Source of the DNA: Podarcis melisellensis
Lineage: Eukaryota
NCBI GenBank assembly: GCA_964234715.1
Contig: OZ174276.1
Direction: 5' to 3' (one strand)
DNA length: 64,000 nucleotides
Shown here in pieces: positions 36,780-49,243 of this stretch. The notes beneath the pieces are model-generated. The model was not told the DNA's origin. It searched no databases and saw only the letters and a list, made by a program, of their open reading frames with translations. The translations under genes were made by a program, and so were the position numbers. Position 1 is the first letter of the stretch. Every line of letters starts with the position of its first letter.

Positions 36780-39323
36780 CTGAGAAAAGACAAGAGTAGC
36801 ATAGGATATTAGATTTTGAAGCATGCTAGAGAACACAAGACCAGCAGCATGCTAGAAAAGTCTTCCCTCCTTTCTTAGATGATTCTGGCCTGAAACCAGT
36901 ATCAGCTTATGGGCCAGTTGAGAACGCAGGGAAGCGGTTGTCATCTGGAGTGCCCTGGCCCCAGTTACCTTTTCTGCCACACAGGGAGTGAGTGTGAAAA
37001 ACAGAACAGCAGAACCATATTCCATCAGCAGCTGGAGTGGAAAGCTGCACCTAAAAGTTGCCTCCCCTTTGTGCCATCTCTTAGTGGAATTGCAAAAGTG
37101 AGTGCTTCTCATTTTCTTGGCCTTTTGCTGAACTTAGGTTGCAAGAGCACATTTGGTTTTGAGGGTTTTTTGGAAATTATCATTGCCTGCAATGCCTAAA
37201 CATGGGAAGGTGTGGAGGGGGGATGGTACATTTTACTGGGGCCTGGAGAACTACAAGGGGGGGCAACCCAGGCTGCAACGTCATTACCGGAAGAACAACT
37301 GAGGCTACATTGCAGCCCAGAGAGACTGTGCTCATGCAGTTAAAAGAGAACTTGCAGTTTGAGGGAGAGATTTGTGCTTTTCCTATGTGACCTGCTCACT
37401 GAAGAATCATCAGTCTCAGAGTTCCTTCTGCAGAGGAAGGAAGGACGGAGAGTTGATGGGGAGGACAAAGCAGAATAGGGTTATTGATCCTAGGGCTAGA
37501 GGAGGTCAGTGCTACATGTAGGATTTGCAGGCCCAAAATATATGTGAGTAAATGTCTACTTCATAAGTATCTTCCTTAGAACTTTCCTTGTGAAACACCG
37601 CATCTCAAAAAATCTACTTTGGGAAGAGTGTGTGCAACCTCTGCTTATCTAACTAAATTAGATTTACTAAAAAGCAGCTAACTTTGGGTGCAGTGTGTGT
37701 TGCCCTGGGCAAGAACATTAAGCTACCTAATTATTTTGTCTATTGTGTGCGAACTTGCAAGGTAAATTGACTTGGGTGAGATAAGTCATGATTTCTCAAT
37801 GGAAAAGGCCAGAAAAATAAATCTCTGAAGTGAATTGATCTATTTATGAAACATTTGCAGCTTGTTAGTCTTCTAAAAAAAACAACAAACCAAAATCAAA
37901 GCATGAGCAGGATAACAACTTCATTACGATCAACCAAAAAGTTACAAAATAATCAGCAAGCTTCAAATAACTCTTCTGCTACCAACAATGGCAAATAGTG
38001 TGTATATATTTGGGCCTTAGTAAAAAGGTCCTAGTGTGGACCGTGCTCAGTCAGGCAGTTATCTCAGGTGGCAGATGTGGGGTTATAAGAAGTGATGGCG
38101 GGGTGACAGAAAATGGAGTTATTTGTGCCACACAGCCTGCCCTGCACCCCTAAATTAGCCTGCTGTCCTCTGACGCAACGAGGAATGCTGACCAATTACC
38201 AGTGTTGAGGTAAGAGTCAACTGTCAATCTGGCTGGCTTCTGTACATGGAATTGTTCTTTACCCCAGGCAGCCAAATGCCTTTGGCCAGCTTTGGCCATG
38301 GTATAATTTCAGAGAGGCGCAAAGTTTAATTAAAATGGAAACTTTTCCTCGGTAACATGCAGGGGGTCTGCACTGCAAGCTTGTACTGGGCTCCCTAAAA
38401 TAATGCTTGGACCATTATCCCTTTTCTTATTGCTGATAGCATGAGTGCTAGTGTTGACCTCATTTCAGTCTCTTGCCTGGCTTGTAGCATGAGGATTGGT
38501 CTTTTTAGAATGTTCTGGATCTGGCTCATTTCCTGCATTTTTGAAAAAGAACCCTCAGATTGCTCTAAGCGGCTTTGAGGTTGTGGTTGTTGCTTTTTGC
38601 TATTTGCCTGTGCTCTGGTATGTTGACTGTGAGAGTAAGTTCACCAAGGTACTGGGCATTTGTGTACTTTTGGCTACCGCTTAGGGGTGCTGAAGCTGTG
38701 TTCAGCTGGATGTTGTGATTTTTTATACTGTTCTATTAAATAAATGGTGCTTATCTACAGGGTCCTGTATCTATTCGATTGATGGTTAGGTTATTATGTA
38801 TCAAATACTGTTATTTTTGTACCAAATACTGTTATGTTTATTGTATTGACTGTCTGATATACTGTTTGGTAGTGTGTTTTAATTTTTACTGATCTTGCAT
38901 TTTTATATATTGTTGCTATTATTTTTGTTTAACTTCGCTATTTTGTTCATGCTGCTATTTGAAACTGCTCTGAGAAAATTTTTTATGGAATCACGGCATA
39001 CATATAAGTATGGTAATACTGATGACAGAGAATTCTTCTGGTGCTCTCTCTCTTCCAAACTTGGTTTCCTAGGCCCTACTTTGTTCAATGGTATGCTGCT
39101 TTCTCAGGAACTTTCTTTGACTCCTCTTTCTCTAGGACATGATCAGCTCAGCCAGTGTCAGCCTTCTGCTTCCCCAGACCTTCTGTGACATTAGGAGAGC
39201 TCAGCCTGTCACTGCTAGAAGCAAGGCTTCAAGCATCACTACCACCACACCCATCCCCATAGTCTTACAGACCACATAATCACGGCGAGAAAAGTAGCTA
39301 GTGAAAAACTGCATTGCCCTTAC

Positions 39324-39458
39324 TCTTCCTTTTTCCACAAGGTTTGTAATCATGATGATAATTCCAGTGTTTTGCTCCCAAATCATTCTCCAGAAATCTT
39401 CAAATGTAGACTTTAAAGGTCCTTGGGTGGCAATGTAGGCTTTCGCTTTGTTGTAACC
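39324..39458 (-). CDS. PTPRG: PTPRG coding exon ([45 protein letters not shown])
   Basis: Within ORF 39201..39464. YIATQGP and DFWRMIW motifs. 135 nt, GT-AG. Confidence 0.98.
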
Positions 39459-39689
39459 CTTCAAAGAAAACCATAAGGCAAAGCAAGATAAAGTATCTGC
39501 ATGGCAGTCATATTAATAATGTATATATTGCAGTGTGAGATGCCTTTCCTGCTGAACATTTGAGGAGTCTGGAGCTAAAGTTAGTCAACAAAACAACAGC
39601 AAAAAAACCTTCTACAAGTACTAATGGTTTCTATTTCTTCTGTAGGACGGTGTTTCTCAAAAGAGAGATGAGAGCAAAAAACAACTTAC

Positions 39690-39772
39690 ATCAACATAAT
39701 TGGCATTAATGTAGTCACTGTGCTTCGAGTCTTTTCCCGGCAAAGGTCTTAGCTTCACTCTACTGTGATCAT
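39690..39772 (-). CDS. PTPRG: PTPRG coding exon ([28 protein letters not shown])
   Basis: PTP motifs DHSRV and DYINA. tgaag|AT ... GAT|gtaagt, 83 nt. Confidence 0.97.
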
Positions 39773-40530
39773 CTTCAGGAAAGATAACAAACAGGCACAA
39801 AACAGGAAAACATATTAGGAGATTAAAACTATGGATTTCTTAAAAGGACAGTTCCCTAACCAGAAAACGAATAAGCACAACTCCCATCAGCTCCAACTAG
39901 CATGGATGGCAAATGTCCAGGGCTGCTGGGAGTCCAACATCTGGAGGAAACCTTCATTGGCTCTTTTGGGGCTAAACCATTCTTTCCCTTCTTACTACTT
40001 ATTAAATTTATATGCTGCCCTTCATTTGAAGATCACAAAACGTCTTCCATTCTCAACTGCACCAGTAAAATAATTTGCTGTCTAGGAAAAAAAGTGGCAG
40101 AAATGGTCAGCTAAGGGATCAAAAAGTTCTGGGTTTGTTTCTTTCCAGAGCACTTGGAAATGTGACAAACCCATTAGCAAGTCTGGGAGAGAATGGAACT
40201 AGCAAGGATTGTCAAATATGTACTTCCCTTAAGTCGCTTTTCAGAGATTAGCATACCTAGATCAGACAGTAATTTAGGCTGAAACATTCAGCTGTGAAAT
40301 CTTTAGGCAGGATTGCTACTTTCTAACCAAAATCCAAAAGTATCTAATGTCAGACTGTCAACATCAGTCCGTTCAGAAAGCATACCTAACAGGGGCATCT
40401 TGTCCCTTGGGTGAAAACAAACTTTTGTCAGTCTAACTAACCTCATGCTGAGCAGACAGGCATTCTTACGCCAGTAGTATAAAGTGGACACTTTTTATTG
40501 CTGTTGTCTCTTAAGGTCTTTACTACTCAC

Positions 40531-40627
40531 ATGCTAAAATGTTGATGTATCTGTTTTTGTGCTTGTTGTCGGGGTGATTGGAATGTTCAGCGGTGATGTT
40601 CATGTCGGATGTACAACGCTGCACTTC
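40531..40627 (-). CDS. PTPRG: PTPRG coding exon ([32 protein letters not shown]), D1 KNRY loop
   Basis: Manual translation. taacag|GAA ... GCAT|gtgagt, 97 nt. Confidence 0.97.
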
Positions 40628-41143
40628 CTGTTAAGAAAACAATTACATTGAAAAAGGCAGATGAGTGCAAAACATTTTGTCTGTCTCATTTTGCAAGCAG
40701 CTCATTCAGAACACATTGAAATGGTGGGTGTAATTGATTCTCCTCACCCATGAGAATTCTTTCAGCATAACACTGCTTAAACATATCCTAGTTCTATTAA
40801 GGATATTGCCTGGTTCCCAGTATCTGATATAAGTCCATGGTGATTACAATTCATTGTGGTGCAACCCCCCACCCACCCACCGCTTTCCCATCTATCTAGA
40901 GCTCCCTTAATAGCAGCCAGAATGCGACACCAATGTGGTCACAGGCCTTTTGCTAGCCATTTGCCCAAGGCTTAATTGTAATTAGAGCACTTTCAGAAGC
41001 AGGAAAAACATAGCCAAAATAGCAACTCTGCTCTTAAATAAAAAAGGGGTCTGAGCAAGTTTTATGCCATATAGCAACTCATAGTCATAACTTCCTAGGT
41101 CTGGTAGAGGAGCGAGTGCCTACCTAGGAAAAACAAAGCCGTA

Positions 41144-41373
41144 CAGTAAGCCCACAACTTATAGGGGGGTTACACTCTGGGGAATCGCCCCTAGAGCCAA
41201 AAACGTGAATAGTCAAAACGCATTGGGTGCAATGGCAAGTAGGATTGCAGAAGTCTTTTCCCCCAGATGCCCGTCCACTTTTTGACCCCTTTTTAATTTT
41301 TGTAAAAAAATTGTTTGCCAAGCACATAAAACTGAATGCACAAGTTAAATGCACATAAGCTGCGGAGTGACTG
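41144..41373. mobile_element. Tigger/pogo-like MITE (old)
   Basis: TA|CAGTAAGCCCACAACTTAT ... ATAAGCTGCGGAGTGACTG|TA. Confidence 0.65.
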
Positions 41374-41620
41374 TACTAAAGAAGTAATTGCAATGTAGAA
41401 GAGACTGAATTTACAGTGTTTCACAGGGGCCCAATGTGAACAAGGGTCCCAATGTATCATTAGTTAGTCACCAAAATAGACAACCAAGGGGGTAAAGTGA
41501 AGTGAATAATGCAAAATAATCAAAATCAGCACATCAACATAATGAAACCACCTAAATTGTGACAACTCAAATATATATAGCCACAGCAGGTGCAGTAACC
41601 TTCTAACAGTTTGGCTTCAC

Positions 41621-41647
41621 CTCTAAAGGCGTACTCCTCCATTGTCT
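41621..41647 (-). CDS. PTPRG: Candidate alternative 27-nt PTPRG microexon (RQWRSTPLE)
   Basis: ACTAAC branch motif, AG-free (UG)n tract, ctag|...GAG|gtgaag. Frame-preserving in a phase-0 intron. Predicted only. Confidence 0.4.
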
Positions 41648-41664
41648 CTAGACAGACAGATGCC

Positions 41665-41665
<1 letters not shown>

Positions 41666-41700
<35 letters not shown>
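41666..41700. repeat. (CA)n microsatellite, (UG)n on the pre-mRNA
   Basis: Seen directly. Confidence 0.95.
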
Positions 41701-41704
<4 letters not shown>

Positions 41705-42765
41705 AACGTGTGTTAGTTTCACTTCCCCCCTTAAGATTTGAGTGATTTCTTTTATCACGTTCCACATTGGTCAGTGTTTACTTTGTAGGCACTGTCTGTC
41801 TTCAATGCTTTTTTGTAACTTTAAATAATAATTAAAATCTGTTAACGTTTTGATATTAAATAATATCAAAAAGTGTTAAGTTGGACAACACAGTGATTAC
41901 ACAGTCCTACGTTCCTCTTAGTCAGAAATGTCAATTCTGCCGGTTATTTTAAGTGTCCTAATTACATTTTAAAGATATTTTTATAACAATGTAACATTGT
42001 TGCTTCTTTCTAGGGCATTTTCTCAATGTATTTAGCTGAATTTTATCTAAAAGCTACTTCGGCAGGGTTCCGTCAGTGCCATCCGTTTCCCCTGTCCTCC
42101 CAAGGGTTACAAGATGCCACACTGTTTCATACCCCAGGCTTCACGTGTTAATACAGGAGCATCCTAATAAGGGAAGTCATTAGTACAGCACAGCTGCTGC
42201 AATGATGGAGTAGGAGCTAAGTGACAGAGAAATGTTAGTGAAACTGCAGATGTAGCCAGAGTGCAGGATTAATACAAAACTGTCATAAAGAAGTGACAAG
42301 CCAATTCATTGCCCTCCCTCCTATCTAGCCCCAAAACATTTACATTTTTTGGAAATCCAAAATATCACAAGTCCAAATATAATTAGAGACATTTAGACTC
42401 ATAAAGCAGTGGCATTTGTTTTTTTATGGTAAGCAAATCCCCATAGTTGTCCAGAAGAAATAAAGAACAAACAAAGAAGCTGAAAGGGGTATCAGGTCTA
42501 ATCCTTACATGGAATAATTGACACTTATGTCACTGGTTATATATTCTAGAACAGTGTTTTCACACCAGTAGTTCAACAGAGAAGGGATTCAGTGATTTAA
42601 TCCAAAGGATATTTATAATTATCAACCATTAATCACTGTGCTGTTTCACTACCCTCCCACTTTTTACATGGTTCTGTAAGGTCTGCAGATTCTGATGATG
42701 ATGCAGTCATCATCAGAAAGAACACCATCAAAAGAGCACCATCAAATGTGTGTGACACTTTACAG

Positions 42766-42882
42766 CAGGAGTAACCAACAGTGCCGTCCGGATGTTGGAC
42801 TACAACTCCCATTATCCTCAGAAGCTGGGGTGATGGGAGTGCTGTTCAACAACATCTGGAGGGCACCACATTGGCTACTCTG
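42766..42882. mobile_element. hAT-type MITE
   Basis: CAGGAGTAACCAAC...TTGGCTACTCTG. TSD CTTTACAG/CTTTATAG. Confidence 0.75.
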
Positions 42883-45043
42883 CTTTATAGGCTTAAAATG
42901 AAAGTCTCCAGTACAATTTAATGACGTTCTATGAAAAAAAATAGCGATCCAACTTTATCTTAGCATGTATTGTAGAAGAAACATGAATGAAGCCAGTGAG
43001 GATTCAAACTTGCTGTAAAAAACACACGCTAGCATATTAGAAATAGAATTCAGTCCCTGTTATTGAATGACCTACCATAAATTTACATAATGCACATAAA
43101 TTGGATCAGTTGCCATTACATCTTGAAGGACCTTTCAGGTGGGACTGGTTTCTAAGGTCAGTAACTTTAATTAACCTCACTGATGTTTAGGGTTTATGGT
43201 TTTGTCTGCCGTACTGCAACCTCAGTTCAGTGGCAGATTTATATATATGTGCAGTGTGCACAGAATGGCCCCATGCAGATGAGGACCCTACAAGTTATCC
43301 GTATACATTGTTAACTGAGCAGATACCTCTGAAACGACTACAAAAAGTGAACGGTCATTGTTGAATTCTAGTAGCTTAGTTTGTTGCATTTCCCTCATTC
43401 TTCATTTCCCTGCTCCTTGATTAAGGTCAGTTGAGGTTGGTTCATTAGAATGACCAGGGCTTAGTCCTATGAAGTTAAATGTCAAGCAATTTTTTTAAAA
43501 AAAAGTTTTCCTCAGAAGCTCAAAGCTATACATTTTCCTGTCCCATACATCTTTCTACAATCCATTTGTATGTAAAAGGATAAGGGAGACATTTCCGCCA
43601 ATCTCCCGTTCTTTGGCTAATCAGTTTTCTGCACCACTCAATCTGAGTCCAAAAGTTTTGCTATGGCTTGCAAGTTCCACCCGCCTGCCTCCAATACAGG
43701 CAAAGAGGCCATTGCTATCAAGCAAGCAGTACCCAGAAGGGTCAGAGGAAAAAGGCGGGAAACTGCAGCAGAACATCAAGGAGTGCAATATTTGACCCAT
43801 CAAGCATTAGCATACCCACTGAATGTGAAGCTGAAATCTATGGCTGCCTAACACCAGTGATGACCAGTCCAAGACTGACCATATGAAATGGGAGAGTTCA
43901 GCACTGATGGTCCCACTGGGTGGTTATCATGGCCCATCAGGATGAGAAGCATGTGGGGAAAGGATAAAAATAGCACTCCTGCTTGTTGTAGTTCTGGGCA
44001 GGATGTGCCAACTCTCCACTACTACAAACATCTTCCTCAAGTCAAAGAGGTAATTCAGTGGCCAAGGGGTGGTCCCCAATAACCTGGAGATCCTACCATA
44101 CAAATGAAGGAACAGAGGAAAGGAACAGCACAGATCAAGGGAGGGAAGGAAAAAAATACATACACTGACAGGAAAAAGCAAGAAGACAGGAGAGGAGGAT
44201 GCTCAAAACTAAACACTTGTAGTACAAAGAGGAAACAACCTGGGGGGGGGGGGAGTGATTTTGAGAAGAGAAACAGGCTGAAAGCATTAGCCCTCACTGG
44301 CAGCAGGTAGGGTTAGGTGAAAGGACTGACTTCTCCTGCTTAAGAGGAGTCAAAAGGCTTGAGAAGACCCTGCCTGATCCCTCTAGTAGATGTCATACCA
44401 CTTGAGGAATGCCTTCCATTTGGATCTGACAAAGTTAAGAAAGTAAGGAAAGTTGCTTCTTCACTATGAACTGCCGTTTCATTTATAGATGATTTGGGCC
44501 GACTCACAATGAGTTCAGAAGACATGAGTCAGGTGCTAGGTCACATATTAAAATTACATTTGTGGGCTTTCAGGGAATAACCATCAACTCAAGGAGAAGG
44601 AACTAGCAAATACTCTTGGTTTTTTGGCTAATGTTTGAGTAAGAACTGTATGCATTCTAGAAACATGAAAGAGCTTGCATTGTCATGCTTAATTTATACA
44701 ACCTGAATCTATGTCTTGGCTTGCTTTCCTATGTGTTTGTTCTTACATAAGGAGGGAATCCTTATGGTGTTCGGTTAGCAACTACAGCTCAGACCCTAAG
44801 GAACCAGGTACCTTTTATATCTGTCCTGACACAAAACATTTTAAGATGTCAGATGAAGTAGAAACATGCCATGTTTATTTAAACTACCCCTAATTTAAAT
44901 AATTGGAATAAATACGACAGAAATCACAATCCAGTGGATTTTGCATTTTGGATTTGAGACTCAAAGGTTTTTATATATTTTTAAAATGGAAACTGCACTC
45001 CAGGCGGTTTAAAATGTTAGCTGTGCTCTAGCTTAGGTAAAAG

Positions 45044-45175
45044 CAGGAGTAGTTAACCTGTGACCTCCAGAGGATGCTGAACTTCCATCATCCCTGGGCC
45101 CTGGCCACACTGGCCTCAGCTGATAGAAGACACAGTTCAGCAACATTTGGAGGACCACAGGCTGAGCCACCCCTG
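45044..45175. mobile_element. hAT-type MITE
   Basis: CAGGAGTAGTTAACCTGTG...CACAGGCTGAGCCACCCCTG. Same interior as the 3485 family. Confidence 0.7.
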
Positions 45176-46626
45176 GTTTAAAGCCAGTATCTAAGGAGAT
45201 TACATTTAGTTATCTATTTAGTAATATTTATATACCATTTGATCAGCAAAAATGTCTAAGCAGGTTACATTACCATGTGCTGTGATTACCTTACTAATTC
45301 TTAAAAATATATAGAAATATTCCAATCATCCCAAATTTCTAACAGTTCAAATGCAGGACCACTGGAGTATAAAGCAACAATGGATTGTCTATTTTAGGAT
45401 TCTGAAGGGAAAGCTTTCTGGCAGGACTGCACTAGATCATTCTTTTTCCTTATTCATTTTTTTTGTCTCACTGGTTCATATGACATTCTCAGCGTTTAAC
45501 TTCCCAAAACGCTAATTTTGTTTAAAGATGAACGGTTACGGTTCTTATTATTTTGTCCACTGGAATGTATTGTCGGCAACTCTGGAATCCAACACACTTG
45601 GTTTTAATCAACCTTTAGTCACAGTTAAAACTCTTCTGTGTCATTATGGCTAATTTAGCTTTTAATTATATTGTCCGTGCTACCACTGATTGGGATTTAA
45701 TACATCCAGGTTTAATGACTCATTCATTTTCAGTGTCCCTCTGAAACAAGTTGCTGATTAGTTTTATAAACTTCAAATATTCTTTCGCTAAATTTATGTG
45801 TAAAATCCAATTGCTACACGTCTGATAATCCAACATAATGAGCTAGAAATTGCTCCGGAATGGCTGATTGCATAGACATTCTGATATAACTTCAGACAAG
45901 TGAACAAGTTACGACCCTGAGAGCAACATCATAATATGGTTTCCCTGTCAATTGAAAAGAACTCTGAGACAAAAAAAAATTAAGCAGTAAAATCTATACT
46001 TGTAAGAACATGCAAATGCTTCCCTCTCCAATTTGTAGCTATGCAACAAGGTTCTGTTTGCTTTCTTGTGCACTGAACTGTAGAAAGGCTATTTGGAAAT
46101 TTCAGAAACCACTCAATAAATAGATGCAAAGTGCAAGAGTCTCTTCTACAGGCCTCTGTGGCCCAGCAAGACCTAATTCAAACAAAAGCCAAGCTTGTGA
46201 AGCTGCAACAAGTTTAATGGCAAAGCAAAGAAAGGGTTGGGGCTAAACTAGGGTGGATTAGCAAAAGTAATCACGCCCAGCCCAGGTGAGAGCTAGCTTC
46301 TCATAGGGCTTTATTTTCTGTCTGATACTTAGGGACAATTGTGTTACAAATCCTGGGATGTAAGAATGTGAGAGGTGTGTGAGAGTGCCCTCCCCCATCA
46401 CTGTTTTTCTTGCCTTCCAACGTGTGGAGGGTGACTGACTGCAGCAGGGAGTTTCTTATATCTATGGGGGCTTCTTGAATGTTTTGGGAAATTGAGGTTT
46501 CCAAACGCCCAGGAAGCACCCATGAATACAAAAAGCTCCCTGCTGCAGACAGTTGCCTCTCCTAAGTTGGTAGGCAAAGGAAACCATGCTGGAGGGAGGG
46601 CAGAACTGGCACACTTGCCCTTTCTG

Positions 46627-46628
<2 letters not shown>

Positions 46629-46666
<38 letters not shown>
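46629..46666. repeat. (CA)n microsatellite
   Basis: Seen directly. Confidence 0.95.
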
Positions 46667-46669
<3 letters not shown>

Positions 46670-48880
46670 TCTTTTCCAGAATTTGTAACACCTCCATGGT
46701 GTCTGTAGAAAATAAGACAACAATGACTCTACTATGGAAGTAGCGAGTGAGTTCAGTTGGAATAATGTTACAGCTAAGCAAGCTGGGTTTGGGAGAGTGC
46801 GAATGATGAAGATGGGTAAGGGTATTTAATGACATCCACACCTTGTTGGATCAGACTGAAGTCTGTTCAGTTCAGCCTATGTTTTCAGTAGAATACCATC
46901 CAGATGCCCTTGTGAAACACAGAGGGATAGATGGAGACAGTTCCAATCCCTTTGTACTCAACACCTCATAATCAGAGGTATACATCGTTTATAGATTCCA
47001 TTTTAACAATAGCAGTTAAAAGTCTTCTATAAACTCATTTTTAAAATGTAGTTGTTTCATCTCTCAGCTTTATCACGTTCTTCCCACACTACAATGTGGA
47101 GGAGATACTAATGCTAACTTAGATACTAATGCTCCTTGCTAATGTTGCAAGGAGTGCTGAGATAATGTATGCGAAGGATTTTTAATGGGCTGAAGAAGGA
47201 GTAGGGCACCTAGTGCCCTCCAAAGGTTACTGTACTGCCACTGTCTCATCCTTGACCTTTGGCTGAGCTGGCTGGGGCTGATGGGAGTTGAAGTTCAACA
47301 ACATTGAGAGTGCTAGAGGTTTTCCAACCACTTTTCTGAAGCACTATGGGCATGCTTATGAGCAGCATTATCTTTTAGCCACCACTCTTTGGGGATCATC
47401 TGGTATTATTTTAAAAAAAGGAATTAGTCAGCCATAAAACTATTGCTCCTGTGGAAGCTATCAAGTGCAGAATTATTCCACCAGATTTTGTGGACTTACA
47501 GCTGTTTTCTTAGCGTCTTTTTTGGGGGGGGGGAGACATTGAAGATTTTTGAATGTATGTGGGGGGATAGCTGCATTGCTTGTTTTGGGGTCAAATTCCA
47601 AGTTGAGGGCTGGATCACAACCCTTGTGCTTCCACAGGCAACAGACAAGGCTAGGGAGATTATATTTACCACTGCTAATCTTTCTAGCAGAAAAAATGCC
47701 CAACCCACTAATGAATTTGAGGCAAACAAAATTGTATGGGTTCCAAAATCCAATACATATTATGCTATTATAAACATTCCATGCCAGCACTTTGGGGATT
47801 TCCTTGCTTAATCCTCTTTCATGAGACGTGAAGGACAGAACTAAGAACAACCTCCTCCTCCCAATATTCAAGTAAAAGCCTGCTTAAAGTTCCCAAAGGG
47901 GAAGATGGGGAGAGGGATCTACATTCGTAGGGTTGAAGAGTCTTCTTACATTTAAACTCCCTAATGGCATGATTGCCCAAATCCTCTACTAGGTTGCCAA
48001 AATGCAGGCAGAAAATATTGGAGCTCAGTAATACATAAACAAATAAAGGATAACTTCTAAGTTAGAGAGCAGGAGAAGCAGTGGAGCCCCAAATAAAGAC
48101 AAATATTCTGCCACTACTCTGTTAAGTGTTAAGCTTTTGAGAGTAAATCTAGGACACAGAACATTCTATCGTGCTTTTTCTTCTTCTATCGTGATTTATG
48201 AGGAAGAAGGAGACATCTGCCAAAGGATCCCAAGAGGAGACACAAGTTTGCATGATTGTAGAACCATCCATGCCATGTTTTTTCCTTCCAATTTCCTCCT
48301 TTTTTCCTATTTCAGTCCTGAACACCAACCCCTTCATTTTTGTTTAAGGGGGTTTCCATGTGGGCAACTTATAAAGCACAGATCTACTATAGCCCAGTTC
48401 CAGCACACCGTGCCTAAATCAATGTCCCAGAGATGTCATCAGACTTGATGAAGATATGTGAATAGGGGTGGACAGAAAGGTTTATCAGTGGTTCTTGTCA
48501 TCTGATTTCCAAGGCAATTATTATGGGAGGGCATATACAGACAAGAATACCATCTAAGGGGGAAAGCACCTAAGCTCATCATGGTGGACTTTAACAATCA
48601 GGCAAGGTGTCTTAAGGTTATTTCGCAAAGAGAGTTTGAATGAGAATAGCTCTGTGCTATAATGCATTACCAAGACTCATCTATTGCTGACAGAACTACT
48701 GTTCTGGACTGAGGTAAGGTATCTCTTGTCATGTCCCACATTGTCCTGGCAGAGCCAGCCCAGAATTGGGCAGGACTTCAGAAAAAGTACAGGTATCTGT
48801 TGCTGGTCCTAGTTCTCGTGGGGTCAAAGAGAAGTCAGCAGATATGAATAACCATTCCAAGACCACCTTCATGGAAGGTA

Positions 48881-49243
48881 AGGGTAAAGGTACCTCTGCC
48901 CGTACAGGCCAGTCGTGTCCGACTCTAGGGTTGCGTGCTCATCTCACTCTAGAGGCCGTGAGCCGGCGCCGTCCGAAGACACTTCCGGGTCATGTGGCCA
49001 GCGTGACGAAGTTGCAGCTGGTGAGCCAGCACCAGCGCAGCACATGGAAACGCCGTTTACCTTCCCGCTGTAAAGCGGTCCCTATTTATCTACTTGCACT
49101 TAAGAGTGCTTTTGAACTGCTAGGTGAACAGGAGCTGGGACCGAACGACGGGAGCTCACCCCGCCGCGGGGATTCGAACCGCCGACCATACGATCGGCAA
49201 GTCCTAGGCACTGAGGTTTTACCCACAGCGCCACCCGCATCCC
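48881..49243 (-). mobile_element. Sauria SINE, full length
   Basis: Colinear with 8493-8855. A and B boxes present. 13-bp TSD TTCATGGAAGGTA (48868-48880, 49245-49257). Confidence 0.92.

Noticed and set aside
43564-44106. Element bounded by CATTTGTATG/CATACAAATG inverted repeat
   Set aside because: Only a 10-bp match with no TSD; could be chance.
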